Part shown: piece after piece, positions 49,830-62,699 of the stretch | How the letters are laid out: every line of letters begins with the position of its first letter | Numbering within the stretch: position 1 is the stretch's first letter | Source of the DNA: Psammoneis japonica | Lineage: Eukaryota | Direction: 5' to 3' | Length of the DNA stretch: 64,000 nucleotides | Assembly (NCBI GenBank): GCA_008632985.1 | Contig: QPGO01000006.1 | Span: forward strand, 124,001-188,000 | The notes under the pieces: generated by a model | The model's input: only the letters and a program-made list of their open reading frames with translations | The model's database searches: none | What the model was told of the DNA's origin: nothing | Program-made: the position numbers and the translations under genes

Positions 49830-52100
49830 AATGCCTTTTTGCTTGTTGCCAGAAGAAGCAAAAGGTTTGTCACTGCTTGGCAAAGAAGAGAGAAAGATCC
49901 GCATTGTGGTGAGCTCTTGTGCATTGCCCAAGCCATCATCTTGTCATCAACAGAGGGGCATTGCAGTCCTCATCATAAAATTGTTGATCAAAGCATCTGC
50001 AGTGACACTCATCATGTCCTTCTGGACCACACTGAAAGACAACATGTCCTCTGCTTGTTCTTCCCGAGTCCTGTGAGTTTTGTTTGACCTTTTGGTGTTC
50101 AGGCAGAGAATCCGCATGGGTGGCATGATGTGTGTCCATCTTTCTTGTCACCCCAAAGTCTTTCTGGGTGCAAACAGCTGAGCGACTTTCTTCTTTGTCA
50201 CCACATTGCTCCTTTTCAGTGCCATGGTCGTCAAAGCCAGATCCAATGTGTTGCTCTTCTTTCATGATCACATGGCAGGCCTGACCAGTGTGCAGCCTTC
50301 CACAGATGCCATTTCGTTTTGTCAACTTCTGCTCCTGACAAACTGTTTCTTCATCAGAGGACTGCCATTTTTGGTCTCTGGATTAGAAGGAACAGATGCC
50401 ACATCATCTGGGTTGGCTTCACCAGCAGCATCTCCAACTCCACTGCTTCAAAAATCAGAGGTCCATGCAAATGCCTCTTGACATCCTTGGGCTCAACAAA
50501 CCCATCTTCCACTCCCAAATCACCAAAAGAACCAAAGGAAGAGAAAAAGAGGCGAGCAATGAGAATCCAAGCAGCAAAAATTGGAGCTAAAAAAAGTTTG
50601 GAGTGACCGACTCACCATCCAGCCAAGCAGATCCAGCCAAGCAGAGGCTGCTTGAGAAAAATGCAGCATCTGACATGTTCGGGGTCCAAGTCTTGCACAT
50701 CATCCAGAATCTTCATGTGGGCCAAACCAGTCTCTGTCTCAGCTGATTAGATCAGGGCAAGCCCCATCTTCAATGTGCCCAGGGTGGCTTTGTCCACACA
50801 CTCCCCGGGTGCTTGAATGATCATTTGTGGCACAAAATGTCAATCACCACAATGTTGCTGGGACGGGTGATGGGCAAAAAGCACCCCGCCAATTTTGCAA
50901 CATGCCATTGAGATTGAAACACACCTCATGCATGTTGATGCTGTGCTTGGCACCCATGTTGAGCACTTCGGGGAGCATCAATGGAAGCCATCACGGAAAC
51001 AGAGTTGACATCTTGACATTGGAGATGCAAAAAGATGGACACTGCCAGTCATTCTTGAGCAACAGGTTGACACTGGGTGCCATCGATTTGCCAGAAATTA
51101 CCTCATTTCTGCAGGAAAAGAAGTGCAAATCATCATCCATGTGTTGAGGCATGTTGAGTGACATGGGCCAAATGCCAATGATCTCCATGGATCGCGCATC
51201 AATGAGCTTGCTCCACCCAGTGTGCTGCAAGCAGCAGGATCATCTTGATCTAGACTCCAAGTGCAGGTTGACAACCAAAGGCAAACACGTGGCAGCCATG
51301 GGTGCTTTGTTTCTGAGATTTGGGTGCAGGAAAGATGCAAAGGAGCCTGCATGATTTTTTGCACATTGTGGCTGTTCTTGTCAATGAAAGCATTGTGCAT
51401 GCACCCATGCAAGCAGGAGCGCAGATGTCCAATTGCACTTCCTCTCATTTGGCACCACCAAGGCACATCAGCATGAACAAGGCACACCTCTTGAAGAAGG
51501 TTGCAACAGCATTGTGATCTTGCTCAGAGACATTGAATGACTCAATGATGCTGCCATGAACTTTGTTGTCAAATGTCAAGTCTGCAGCATTGCACACTTC
51601 ACAATCTTGGGAAAGATGACATTCCCTTGTTGGCAGTGCTGGCAGAGGTGGTTGGAGGTGCTCCACCTCTGTCGAAGGCACAGAAAGCACATTGGGCACA
51701 GTGCCTGTTGGTTGCGGCTCACCTTTGGCAACACTTTCCCAGAAAGACCAGCTTTGACAACCACTCACATGGACATGAGCCCATGCTGCAACTTGAAGCC
51801 TGCATTTCTGTCATCCCCTGCTTGTGTCCATGATGCCAGCTGCAGTGGCAACAGTCCTGACCACAACATGCTTTCAGCTGCAACTCCACAAGTGTGGCAC
51901 AGGCTTGTGATGTTCTTGATCCTGCGGTGGTGTGGCAAAAAAAATTAAGATGGGCCCGGATTGCTGCATCAGCTTTGTTGGTTTCCATGGAGTCTGGGGC
52001 AAAGAGACTTGGTCTTCAGCAAAACAGGCACAACCTGTCTTGTTGCTTGGCATGTTCCACTGTTGTTCTAGAGCAAGGTGCAAAGCCTCCATTGTTGGTG
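49830..52100 (+). repeat. Diverged duplicate of ~42990-45250
   Basis: Shared colinear blocks: TCCGCATTGTGGTG, ACACTCATCATGTCCTTCTGGA, CTGACCAGTGTGCAGCCTTCCACAGA, ACATCATCCAGAATCTTCATGT, GCAGGATCATCTTGATCT, CTGGGGCAAAGAGACT. Confidence 0.8.
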
Positions 52101-52515
52101 GTGTTGGCTGAGCCATCTTTTCTTGGAACTTGGTGCAGTGCCTGCCAGCAGAAGCTGGGTCACCATCATTTGAAACAAATTGGGCTCACCTTTTGAGCAG
52201 GTGTTTTTAAGTGCCTGGAAAAATCAGATGTCAAGTGGGAGACAGCCCAGTCAAATGTCAGTGAGCCTCACAAAATTGTCAGCCAGCTTCAAGCGGAAAG
52301 CACAGCGCAGCAACACAACAGAGATTTGCAGCCACTTTCCATGATGACCCCTCTTGCAGAAAAAGAGCACATGTTGGGTTGCTGGCACATGATGAGGAGA
52401 ATGGACAAATTCAGCACCAGAGTCAAAAAGCATGCTTTGGAAAGAGTCAAGCACAGTGTCTTTCCTCACATGCAAGCACCAAGCCAAGGAAAGACCTGAC
52501 AATGCAACAAACAGG

Positions 52516-52728
52516 GAAGCTGTGCAACTCTTCCATGGGAAGCAATGAGTTCTTGCAAAAAATCAACTCACAAGCTCAAACACACAAAAGTGCATGATTG
52601 TGCACCAAGTCAATCATCAGCTGGCACAGAGTGCCATGAACTTGGAAGTTCAATGACCCCAACAAGCCAGACTTGTCAGGAAGAAAAGCTGGCACACCCC
52701 CATCCAAAACGAAATTGTGGGTGGCAGT
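52516..52728 (+). pseudogene. Decayed fragment of the PRCC-like C-terminus
   Basis: KLCNSSMGSNE versus KMYNSSMGSDE; CCAAAACGAAATTGTGGGTGGCAG versus CCAAAACGAAAATATGGGTGGTAG (stop TAG read as CAG). Confidence 0.8.
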
Positions 52729-53240
52729 GATTGATTTGCTCTTGGAGTGAGAAGGGGTTTGTGCAGTAAAAGAATGGCTCAATGCAGAGGAGATTCACAA
52801 GGTTTCCCCGCACAGTCATTGAGATGAGTGGAGTTCGTGAGGTGCATGTCACAGCTTCAAACTCAGTCTCTGCAACGCCGCAACAGAGAGAATCACACTG
52901 GAGTCAAAACAAAGTGCTGTGGGGAGCCCCCTGGCTTCTTGAATTGACGCCATGTTGTTTTATTTGACTGCAACAGGAATGAAGTGAAAAGAAAGTGAAG
53001 CACAAATTTTATTTAGACAGAAAATATTTAAAAGTACGATCGGCTAAGATCGATAGGGTCGCCAACTGCGCCGAAATAACTATCGCGAAACTTTCTTGGA
53101 ACATCAACTCAACGCGATAACGGCTGACGCCACGTAGATTTCTACGAGGTTTGTACCACGGCGCCTCCATTGCAGACAGAATCTCTTCTCGTTCGAGTGC
53201 TCTCACAATTTCTGAATTGCTCGTCAGTTCACAGTCCATC

Positions 53241-54305
53241 ATGAAAATCATGAACTTTGTCCTTACCATCATTGCTGCCATGAGCACTGGTGCCATCATC
53301 AGCCCTCTCTCTGCCTCGTTTATTGATACGACAAAGCGCAGCGTTAGCGCCTTGTCGATCAAGGCCGCCACGGCGACCGAAAGTATCGCCACGTTCAACC
53401 AAGAGCTCCTACGCAAGTTTTTGGACAACAACAGTTACTCAGATATCGATACCACCCCCAGCTACTACCATGACATCATCAGCAACGCTGCTCCCAGCGC
53501 AGTTCCCTTCGAAAACGCCATCATCACTTCCAGCTTCTGCGTTCATTTTGACGACGGCGACAAGTCTCCGAGTCGCGTCCAAGACCTCCTACGCAATACC
53601 ACGCCCACGATTGTACCAGAAGACGATGCTAACGAGTATTGTGTCTATGACTATTTCGTACCGGACAACAATGGCGACTCCAACGGCAGCCTCCAGCAAC
53701 TTTTTCTCAACACTACTCCCGATAGCACGATTCAGACCAAGGGAGTCCCGTTCCAAGATACGTTCACGATATTTTTGGAGATCCAGTCGGCCTTCTTGTC
53801 GGACACGTACGACAGCTTTTTGGATATCGAGACGGAAGCGTTTCAGCGTTGGTGGAAACTTGTAGACGTATTTTCGAACGACGTCATCGCGCAAATCCAG
53901 ACTCAGGCTCGCGTTCTGCAGGAACGCGATAATTTTTTGCCTTTTCGGAACCCATTCTTGTCCAACCATCTCTCTGAGATCAAATCGAGTGTTGGACATT
54001 GGGGGAAGAGAGTTGTGGAGATTGCAAAGACTCGGACGAACCTGCTATATGAAGAGGTGTCGATATTCTGGAACCCAATTTTGTCTGACTGTCGCTCTAC
54101 GATTGAGTGGAAAGCCAAATATTGGGGTGCGAGAGTTTTAGATACATCGACTCATGTGATGAACGTTCTTCAAGATTCTGTGCCGTTTCTGAAACCCCGC
54201 GAAGAAACCAAGAATGCTGTTGTTGAGGTTCTGGAACCTGCCATTGGAAGTTGGGTCACGACATTGAAACAAATCAGGCTCGCCTTTCGAATCGGTGCTT
54301 TTTAA
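53241..54305 (+). CDS. Putative secreted hypothetical protein (~354 aa)
   Basis: Uninterrupted ORF from MKIMNFVLTIIAAMSTGA (signal-peptide-like); least mutated of three copies; no recognisable domain. Confidence 0.55.
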   Translation: MKIMNFVLTIIAAMSTGAIISPLSASFIDTTKRSVSALSIKAATATESIATFNQELLRKFLDNNSYSDIDTTPSYYHDIISNAAPSAVPFENAIITSSFCVHFDDGDKSPSRVQDLLRNTTPTIVPEDDANEYCVYDYFVPDNNGDSNGSLQQLFLNTTPDSTIQTKGVPFQDTFTIFLEIQSAFLSDTYDSFLDIETEAFQRWWKLVDVFSNDVIAQIQTQARVLQERDNFLPFRNPFLSNHLSEIKSSVGHWGKRVVEIAKTRTNLLYEEVSIFWNPILSDCRSTIEWKAKYWGARVLDTSTHVMNVLQDSVPFLKPREETKNAVVEVLEPAIGSWVTTLKQIRLAFRIGAF

Positions 54306-54774
54306 GTACCCGGGAAAATTAGAATGTCAGTTGGGAGGCAATGCAATCGAGACGTTAGTGAGTCTCGATTAGCATCGAGGGGATATATGTTATTAGTTAG
54401 ATTCGAGCAGAAAGTATAGTACAACATTACAATTATCGTTTGCTTATCTGCCATAGAGTGTTTGCCGCTTCGACTACCAATCCTAGCACACATTTTGTCG
54501 CTATCGCTCTCTCGAGACAGAGTAGAGCTAGCAGACTGGTGCTGGTAACGGTATCGTCTTCATAGTCCCTGCATTCCCCAGAGTCGGCTCTGTTCCAGTC
54601 GACGTCGCCTGGCTGTATTGCAAACGCAGACTCAGCACATCCGCCAAGGTATGTGCATAGACCCACAGCACACATTCCATCATCGTATTCTCGGCACCGC
54701 AATCCACAATTCCAAAGAACCGAGAATGGACCACACCACTTCTATGTCTACTGGATTCGTTGCTCCTCCTATTA

Positions 54775-56837
54775 TCATTCAACATCACTCCACAATGTCA
54801 ATTTACGTCTTCGACTGATACTATTCGCCATCAATTGTCCAATCGAATTGGCCGTCATGTTGCGTGTATCGACATCGTCAATCGCAACAATCAAATCATC
54901 TACCCGAATCACACCCACCAGTGGACTGTCGTCCTTGAGCGACATGACTTGGGGTCCATCCAGCGTGGTATCGACGACAATTCCCAATCGACCCGGTGGT
55001 GCATAGACATCTCGTTGTGCCTTGCCGGGTGGAATGTCGTGTTCGTCTTGAAAGGATGGTGCCGATAAGGAGCCGCCGGCGATAGTAGTACCCAACATGG
55101 TGGTTCCACTCGATATGGAACCAGGATCATATGTGGCCGCATCTTGAATACCGTCGTCGAGCGAATAGGCATACGTCAAGTCGCCTCCGCCCTTGCTGCT
55201 GTTTGCCAGATACGATCCATCGTTCCACGACGAGTCGCCACTGGATTTGGTTCGCTGTCGATACGAATAACTGCTGACTTGACTCTTGGGACTGGATTGA
55301 CCATCCTCCACGTAAGATAGATTGGAGGATCGAGCCGAACTGGGTGGTGCTTGTCGTCGTTGTGGTTGTTTGGATTTTTTCAGTGGAGTCCAAAAGGAAC
55401 TATCCAATTTCCTATTCCTGGAAGCAGCAGCAGCATTGGACGACGAACCCATGGATGTATTGACAGCAAGAGATGTGTTGTTGTTGGGACCCGTGCTTTT
55501 GAAATAGTTTCGTGGTCGAGATGTCGTTCTGGCATAACGATATCCCACGGCAAAGAGGCAACACACAACCACGGAACCCAAGACAATGGCAATAATCACT
55601 CCCGTTGAGAGTCCACTGTTTGAGGAAGAAGAATTTTCGCCATTGTTTTCGATATTGTTGGTTTCGTCTTGAATCACCACGGAATTGACGGAATGACGGT
55701 GGAAAAGTAATCATTGCCCGATTGCTGTAATAGCGAAATAAAGGCTGGACTCTGCACGGTAAAGACATTTCGTAATAGACGACTGTAATCCAGATCCTCC
55801 GATGCAGTTGCAAAGCCTTGTCGTGGACGAAAGTCACCCGTCGCATCCAATTGCACAGTCAATTGCTGCAAACCGGCACTACCACTGGCATCCACGTCGG
55901 TTGGCGTGGACACTTGTTGGTTGTACACTCGGATCACCTCCACACTCGAAACGGGTTGTTCCAACATGCTGAGCGCATTGGATAAAAAGGCTTGCGAAAT
56001 GAATCGAAATATTTCCAATGTATTGTCATTCATTGTGCCCGAAACGTACAGGAGATTGACCCCGACTGTGCCATTGACTGGAATGGCGGTGCCGCCCGTG
56101 GAGGATGGTATAGCAGTGGATGGTGGTATTGTAGAAGGGATCATTGTGGGTGACGTTGTGGTGGTGGTTGTCGTCGTTGGACTGCCGGTTGGCTCGGTGG
56201 TAACTATCGTACTGGTGGGCTGCTCGGAGGATAATGCCGTGATGGATGGTGCACTGGAAGGCCATGAAGTAGTAGTGATGCTGGGTGACAAGGTCAATTG
56301 GGCAGTCGGAGCAAGGCTACTTTCCATCATGGTTGGAAGAAACGTGGGAGTCGTAGTGGGAAGCAATGTGGTCAAAGAAGGACTTGCTGATGGACTCGTT
56401 GTTGGACTCGTGGTAGTGGCTGCTACGGTTGGAGAGCTGGTCGGTGTACTGGATGGTTGACTTGTTTGAATGCTGGAAGGTTGACTTGTTGGAACAGAGG
56501 TGGATGAAGCAACAGTTGAGGTGGGACTCGCTGTCGTCGAGGCACTTGGGCTCGGTGAAGGACTCACGGTAGTTGTAGTAGTATCAGCAGCGGTGGGTTC
56601 GGCGGTAGGTTCCATAGTTGTCGTAGGTGTGGATTCGAACGTTGGAAGAGGCGATGGTTCCAATGTAGCTGGAGTAATAACGGCAGAGGGAGCCTGTGAT
56701 ACTTGGGCCCAAACTGATGAATGGAACAATAATTGCATGATTGCAAACGCTCGCCATGGAGTCTTAATGTTGTTGTAGTGACGATTTCTTGTAGTAGCTC
56801 GTCGCTTATTGATGGGTACTTTGTGTTGCAGCGTCAT
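54775..56837 (-). CDS. Type I membrane protein: signal peptide, PT/S-rich stalk, TM helix and C-terminal PDZ-like domain (1-bp frameshift near 55695)
   Basis: PTxSP repeats; TM segment GVIIAIVLGSVVVCCLFAVG; DVYAPPGRLGIVVDTTLDGPQV...LIVAIDDVDTR. Copy 1 reads through the junction in one frame (FSTVTSVNSVMQDETNN), so the break is a single indel. Confidence 0.85.
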
Positions 56838-57585
56838 GTTTGCCCAATAACTTTCGCTGTCCTTTCTCGTATTTTGCTGCTACCTGTGCTGCTGACTAAG
56901 AATAGCTCCCTTTTTTATAGACACAAGCAAGTGCTGTTGGTGTTGAAGCTCCAACGTTTTATGTAAGTAGTTCCGTCAAATGCCGGCTCCACAATAACAA
57001 ATCACAGTGTACATGCCGAATGTGGCGCGATCGTGCTTTTTCCGTGAACGAACGTTGCGCGGTATTTTGTGATAACGACTCATAAGTAAAGAATATTAAA
57101 TGTATTCCAATCTGTAGCTACGAAATAGTTATATGTATCTTAATGTTTTATATTCAATATGAGAAGCAAGATTGGAAACTGACAATATATTATATTCATA
57201 TTTAAATTAATATATATTTTCTATGACTCCCATACCTGATAGTTTCTATCTCTTACAGTACGGTGTGCTAGCATCTCACATTTTTTAGTTAGTAGCGACA
57301 AGTAGCGAAGCCAAAGAATGTCATATAATGAACAGGGCCTAGAAACGTAGGGCCTTACAATCTCTCTAGCTACAAACTCTTGAACGATCATCGCAGTATC
57401 GGCGGTACACTAAAAGGTATCAATAGAGACGTGTGTGGTAGTAGTAGTAAGGTCGCTCTCGCTTGATCAAGAATACCGAAGACGCGACAAGTCTAGCCAA
57501 GATTCATCAAACGTTCAAAACATTCTCGTCAATTCAGTTCTCTAAATACAATATTACAATAGTCCCTACTTAGAGACAATGCTAC

Positions 57586-60101
57586 TCATGCAGAATGCCG
57601 GTACTCGGGTACAGCATCCTCTTGTTGTTGCTCGACCGCCTTGAGAGATCGTTCATAAAAGTCCAAGTACTGAAACATTTCTTCACCCGACAAGACTTGA
57701 TTTCGACTCGGTGCTGCCGGTTTACTATTCTTGCGCTCCGCCATGCGATCGCGAAACTTTTGCTTGACGCTGCTAATCTTTTCTTGATAGAGCGATTCAG
57801 CCAACTCTTCATCTTGCTGCGTAGTACGATTTTGCGAGGAATCGACAAACGAAGACGGACTGTGATGACCGCTATTGGCGGCAATGGCCTTGGCCAAAAT
57901 GACAGAATGCTCGCGTTCCGGAAAGACATGGGATGGTTCCGATTGCAATTCCAAGAGTCGTTGCTGTGTGTCATGAAACAAGATAACGAGTATAGTTAGA
58001 AACAGCCGTCATTCTCAATACATACATCAACCATCAATAATTCACAAAAAATTACTACACAGCAACTCACTTGCAACTCTTCCAATTCCCGTTCCTTTTC
58101 TTGCAAACTCTGTTGCGCTTGTTGCTTGGCCAGCATGGCTTCACGCGCCACCAATTCCGCCTTGATTTCCGCCCGTTGTGCGCGTCGTGCCAAGATTTGT
58201 TTTTCATAATCCTCAAAATCGGTCGAAATGTTGGAACTCTCCAGAGTAATCACGGACGACGGTGCTGCTTCCACGAGAGAATCTTCATTCTCCAACCGTA
58301 CCAACAAGGTTTCGTACTTGGCCACCAATTGTTCAATCCGATCCCGTACCAAATGAAAGGCACGTTCGGCGACAACCAATTGTTTCGACAAGGCCTTGAC
58401 TTGTTCCATGGAAGTCAAGTAGGTCATTTCCGCTTGTGTCATGATTCCGTGACTATCCGACATTATTTCTGGAAACTCTTCTTCTTGCTTCATGATTTCT
58501 TCCGCTTCAATTTGAAGAGCCGTCGCGTCAAAGAGTTCTCCCCGGAGTTGTACACACCGTTCATTGGTTAGTTTCAATAAAATGGATTGACAATCACCAA
58601 TGGTAAACATTTCAAATCCACGCATACACCGTGGTCCGAGTGACGGACACTTGTATTGCATAAAGTCCACATCGTCCATCCATTCCACCAATTCCAAATA
58701 AGCATGTTGTCCATCGTATCGTTCGACACAATAGTCACAGTTGGGACGTGTCAAACACGATGCCGTCACTACATCGCGTGGACTCGCACCATCTCTCCAT
58801 GCCTTGGCCACCAAGACGGCATCACGAATGCGTAGCGATGCTTGAACATGTGGTGTCAGCACCAAATCATCACACACCACCGTCCCACCACGTCTCTCCA
58901 ATGAGCGTTCCAAATCGGCATGCAATATACGACTTCGCATTTCCGACAAGGCAAAGGCGCGTTTGACATCGTGATGCGTGTTTTCCGTTACTTCCGAAAA
59001 ATATCGAAAGGCACGTACCAATTTCTTGGTGGCTTGTGGAGATACTTGATAGACACTCCAATCGACATCCTCCTCATCTTCTTCCGAAAAAGAGGATGAT
59101 TCACTACTCTCGGTTCTTTGTTGTTGCAATAGAGTAGAGGGAGACTCAAATGCGGGTAATTTGATAAAACCGTATTGATCCACTTCGGAATTGGTCAAGG
59201 TTTCATCGTATTCACGAGAGGTATGACGAGCATCAAAATCCACTTGACGGGTTTGAATCGAAACCAAACCCGAAGGCAACACGACAACATTCAATTGTTC
59301 TTCTTCGTCTTCCTCAAACGTGGTGTTTTCCTTTTCATCTTCGTATTCTTCATGATGTTCCTCCAAGACTCGTTGGGGTGGTACAAAGTCTGAATCCACG
59401 ATACCATCAAAGACATCCGATACAGTAGGCTTGGTATAGGTCGATGTGGCACGGGACGAGGAACAAAAACTATCCGATTCTACTTGATCCATCAAATTGG
59501 GAACTTGAAATTTTCCATAGAGAGGTGTGGAAAAGAGAGAATCATTCTTTTCGAGAGCTTCACGTGTAATGGTTGTTGTTGTTGGAGTTGGAAAAGATGT
59601 TTCCGAACCACCATAATGCGCCGGAGTTGGTTCCCAATTGTGACGCTTATCAAACAAATCCGTCATGGAAATTGAACTGCCATTGGCAATACTAGAGGAT
59701 GATGGTGGCGGTAGTGGTGCAGTACTAGTAGTAGTACTGCGCTGTTGTTGTTTTTGTCTTGTGTTGGTTCGTGCCGCTTGAGCTACAATTTCAGCCAGAG
59801 CAAAGTCTGCGGCATTTGCATTCGAGTAGACTTGTTCTGCTTCTTCTTGTTGTTGTTCTTGTTCATCTCGTACTAGATTGAGTTTGGAAGGAATCGGATG
59901 TTGTGAAATCCAGGATTGTACGTGTTGTGACGACGCCCGTTCCAAGTCATGTTCGAGATTGACACGAAAGTGACAAACACCACTGCCGCCTATCGAAGAC
60001 GCCGTGTCTTCAAAACTGGAACTCGCCGTTTGTACAATACGTCCACGTGTATCCATCGTTCCGGGCCATGCGACAAAAGACGACGAATGATCGGAAGACA
60101 C
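57586..60101 (-). CDS. Hypothetical coiled-coil protein (~802 aa), two exons with intron 57964-58070
   Basis: 677-codon exon ends ...ELEELQ before GTGAGT; acceptor CAG at 57964 joins QRLLELQ... in frame. Confidence 0.85.
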
Positions 60102-61072
60102 TGGAGACGATGGAATGTTGTTGTTGTGTTTTTGTTTTGTTGTTGCGACGAAGTATTACTCAACATGCTGGCCAGACGAGCAACGCGGACGAACTTTTTG
60201 TTGTTGTATTCTTCAGCAAAGGACGTCCTGTGGAAGTCTTCTTTTTGTTGCCTTGACGACGAAAGAAGGAACTTGTTGTTGTTGTTGTTGTAGTTGTACT
60301 ACCAACCATGCTGCTTTTACGAGTCTCCATGGTAAATAGAAAGAGAGAGGAGTGAAATGAGGTAGGTACAACACAAACAACACAGAGCGGGTGTGCGTGA
60401 TGAAATGACGCGGGTGGATGGATTTTGCAGTGCGTTGCGCCACGCTAAAAATCTAGGAGACATTGATATACATCCTCATCAACATATAAAACATTCCGAC
60501 ATTGGATGGCACTTTCTTAAAACCCGAAAATAACAATTCACAAATCGGACCTACCAAATGGCTTGACGGGACTTAAAGTACAAGACTGAGAGCATTCAAT
60601 TTTATTCAAATTCAAAGAACTATGAATCCTCATGAATAGTCGCGGCGGCGTCGCTACACACGACTTGTTCGATTTTTCATTGGCAGTACGAATGGTACGT
60701 GTCGTATCAAATTGCGTAGAAACTACACACAGCTGGGCGAGCATGCCTTTCCATTTTTTTTTTTCGAAAAAAATGACGAAAAAAAGTGAGCACAGCAACC
60801 GTGCCGTATGCTGGCTGTGCGCTGTGAATAATCGAGTAGTGAACGTCTGCATCTGTGTTTGTTGTGCGTTCTTCACATCACCAACATCAACAAGAACAGA
60901 ACGGGCGGACGCTTACGTATACATGCCAACACCATAAAATGCAATATGGGTATGTACGCCCACATAATGTGTTCGAGAGCTTGTGCTGACTGCACACTAC
61001 TGTTGTTTTAACGGGGGTCTCACACAATTATTTCTTCTCTCATTTGTTTCTTACGATTTAGGAACAGCGACC

Positions 61073-62605
61073 ATGCGCAAATCCCTCGTATCCAGATTGC
61101 TACTAGCAGCCTTCATTCTAACATTATTTGTCATTTGGAAAAGCAACCTCGTACATCATCATCATATTGAGGTGACTCATCATTATGTCATGCAAGAAAA
61201 CAACAATCGCAAATTAGCACTCCAATATTACGACAGTACCGAGCAAGCGGATTCTCGTTTGACACGATTTCCATCTGTCCAAGAACGAATTCAACTCTAC
61301 ATGAGTCACTGGTATTTACCTGCCTGTCATGATGCCAAGAAAGTTCAATATTATTACAAACAACAAAATCAAGCAGCACTCGTACCCTCTCTTGTTCTTC
61401 GAGAAGCAGCACAACAACAACAACGTCGTGTGCTGCAAATACAAGCAAATATGGATATACAAATGGATCGTGTTTTTTATGTCAATCCAATGAAAATAAA
61501 CACGTGTACTACAGAACAACAACATTCTACCAACGACAACAACAAAAGACATTGTATCGATGATCAACATCCATTGCGACCATTGTTACTGCCGTTGATG
61601 GACGAACAAAACAACAACAAGAGTAGTAGCATTCCATTATTGTTTCAATTTGGGAATTCCGGCGTGGCTCGAATCGACAATGAATTGAATGTGCGTTTGC
61701 CACTCTTTCAAAAGTTTCGTGTCTCCATGAGTGTGGATCAAGTACAACAAGTCGTCCACAACAATAAGGACGATTGTTGGAACCATATTGCCAATGACAA
61801 CGAGACGCAACCCATTCTTTGGAAACTCAACACGGAACGACATGACAAGGGATTGACCAATGTCTTTTTGCTCGATTTGGATTGGCACGCAAAAAAGAAT
61901 CAAACCGTCTTTCGTGGGGCCTTGACGGGACGAGATGTTACTACTGCTACTACTGCTGCCGACAAAGAAAACAACAATTCCACCACACAACAGAATGACG
62001 ACGTGTCCAGGTGTTTAGCCATGGATCGATGTCGCGTCGTTTACAAACATGCCAATTCGACTCTGGTGGATGCCAAACTGACAAGTACCGAAAATCTCGT
62101 AAGCAGCACCATTGACGGAGTATCCTTGGTATCGCCCAAAAAGATGCCCCTTTCGGAACTATTGCAATACAAAATGATTTTGATTCTCGAAGGTCATTCC
62201 GTTACGGTTGCTTTAAAATGGGCCCTCTTGTCCAAGAGCGTCGTTCTTATGCCACCTCCTCGCTACACGTCGTGGGCCATGGAGGAACGACTGGAAGCCT
62301 GGGTTCATTACGTTCCCATTGAAAATCTGGACGACGACATTGAAGTCAAGGTTCGTTGGGTACTGGATCACAACGACGAGGCACAACGGATTGCACAACG
62401 TGGATCGCTTTGGATCAAGGATTTGGTGTTTCATCCGGATGCAACCAAGGAGGATGAAGTGATCCATCAAGAAATTGTGCATCGATATCAGCAACATTTT
62501 GTGCAGTCGCCCTATCTGGATGACCGATTTGATTCCGGCCGTGCGCACGTGGAGTATAATGTGGACGAAGAATCACCATTTTCGTGGGCGGCAAATTGCT
62601 GTTAG
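61073..62605 (+). CDS. Glycosyltransferase family 90 (CAP10/POGLUT-like), type II membrane protein
   Basis: N-terminal TM anchor after MRKSLVSR; motifs VFRGALTG and YKMILILEG...LKWALLSKSVVLMPPP..TSWAMEE.L..WVHYVP. Confidence 0.88.
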   Translation: MRKSLVSRLLLAAFILTLFVIWKSNLVHHHHIEVTHHYVMQENNNRKLALQYYDSTEQADSRLTRFPSVQERIQLYMSHWYLPACHDAKKVQYYYKQQNQAALVPSLVLREAAQQQQRRVLQIQANMDIQMDRVFYVNPMKINTCTTEQQHSTNDNNKRHCIDDQHPLRPLLLPLMDEQNNNKSSSIPLLFQFGNSGVARIDNELNVRLPLFQKFRVSMSVDQVQQVVHNNKDDCWNHIANDNETQPILWKLNTERHDKGLTNVFLLDLDWHAKKNQTVFRGALTGRDVTTATTAADKENNNSTTQQNDDVSRCLAMDRCRVVYKHANSTLVDAKLTSTENLVSSTIDGVSLVSPKKMPLSELLQYKMILILEGHSVTVALKWALLSKSVVLMPPPRYTSWAMEERLEAWVHYVPIENLDDDIEVKVRWVLDHNDEAQRIAQRGSLWIKDLVFHPDATKEDEVIHQEIVHRYQQHFVQSPYLDDRFDSGRAHVEYNVDEESPFSWAANCC

Positions 62606-62699
62606 TTATGTCAACATATTTGGACGATTAACAGTAGTAAGCTTGATCAGTATAAACATGATTGAAACTATTCTTTTGTTTGTAAAACAAAATGGCCTT

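Noticed and set aside
53000..55835. Classical RIP (CpA->TpA) acting on copy 3 as the main explanation
   Set aside because: Copy 3 has ordinary TA levels and the intact ORFs. Opposite TG versus CA outcomes in copies 1 and 2, the Tyr-free transposase and KYGW*->NCGWQ all point to TA loss. A minority of TA gains is not excluded.
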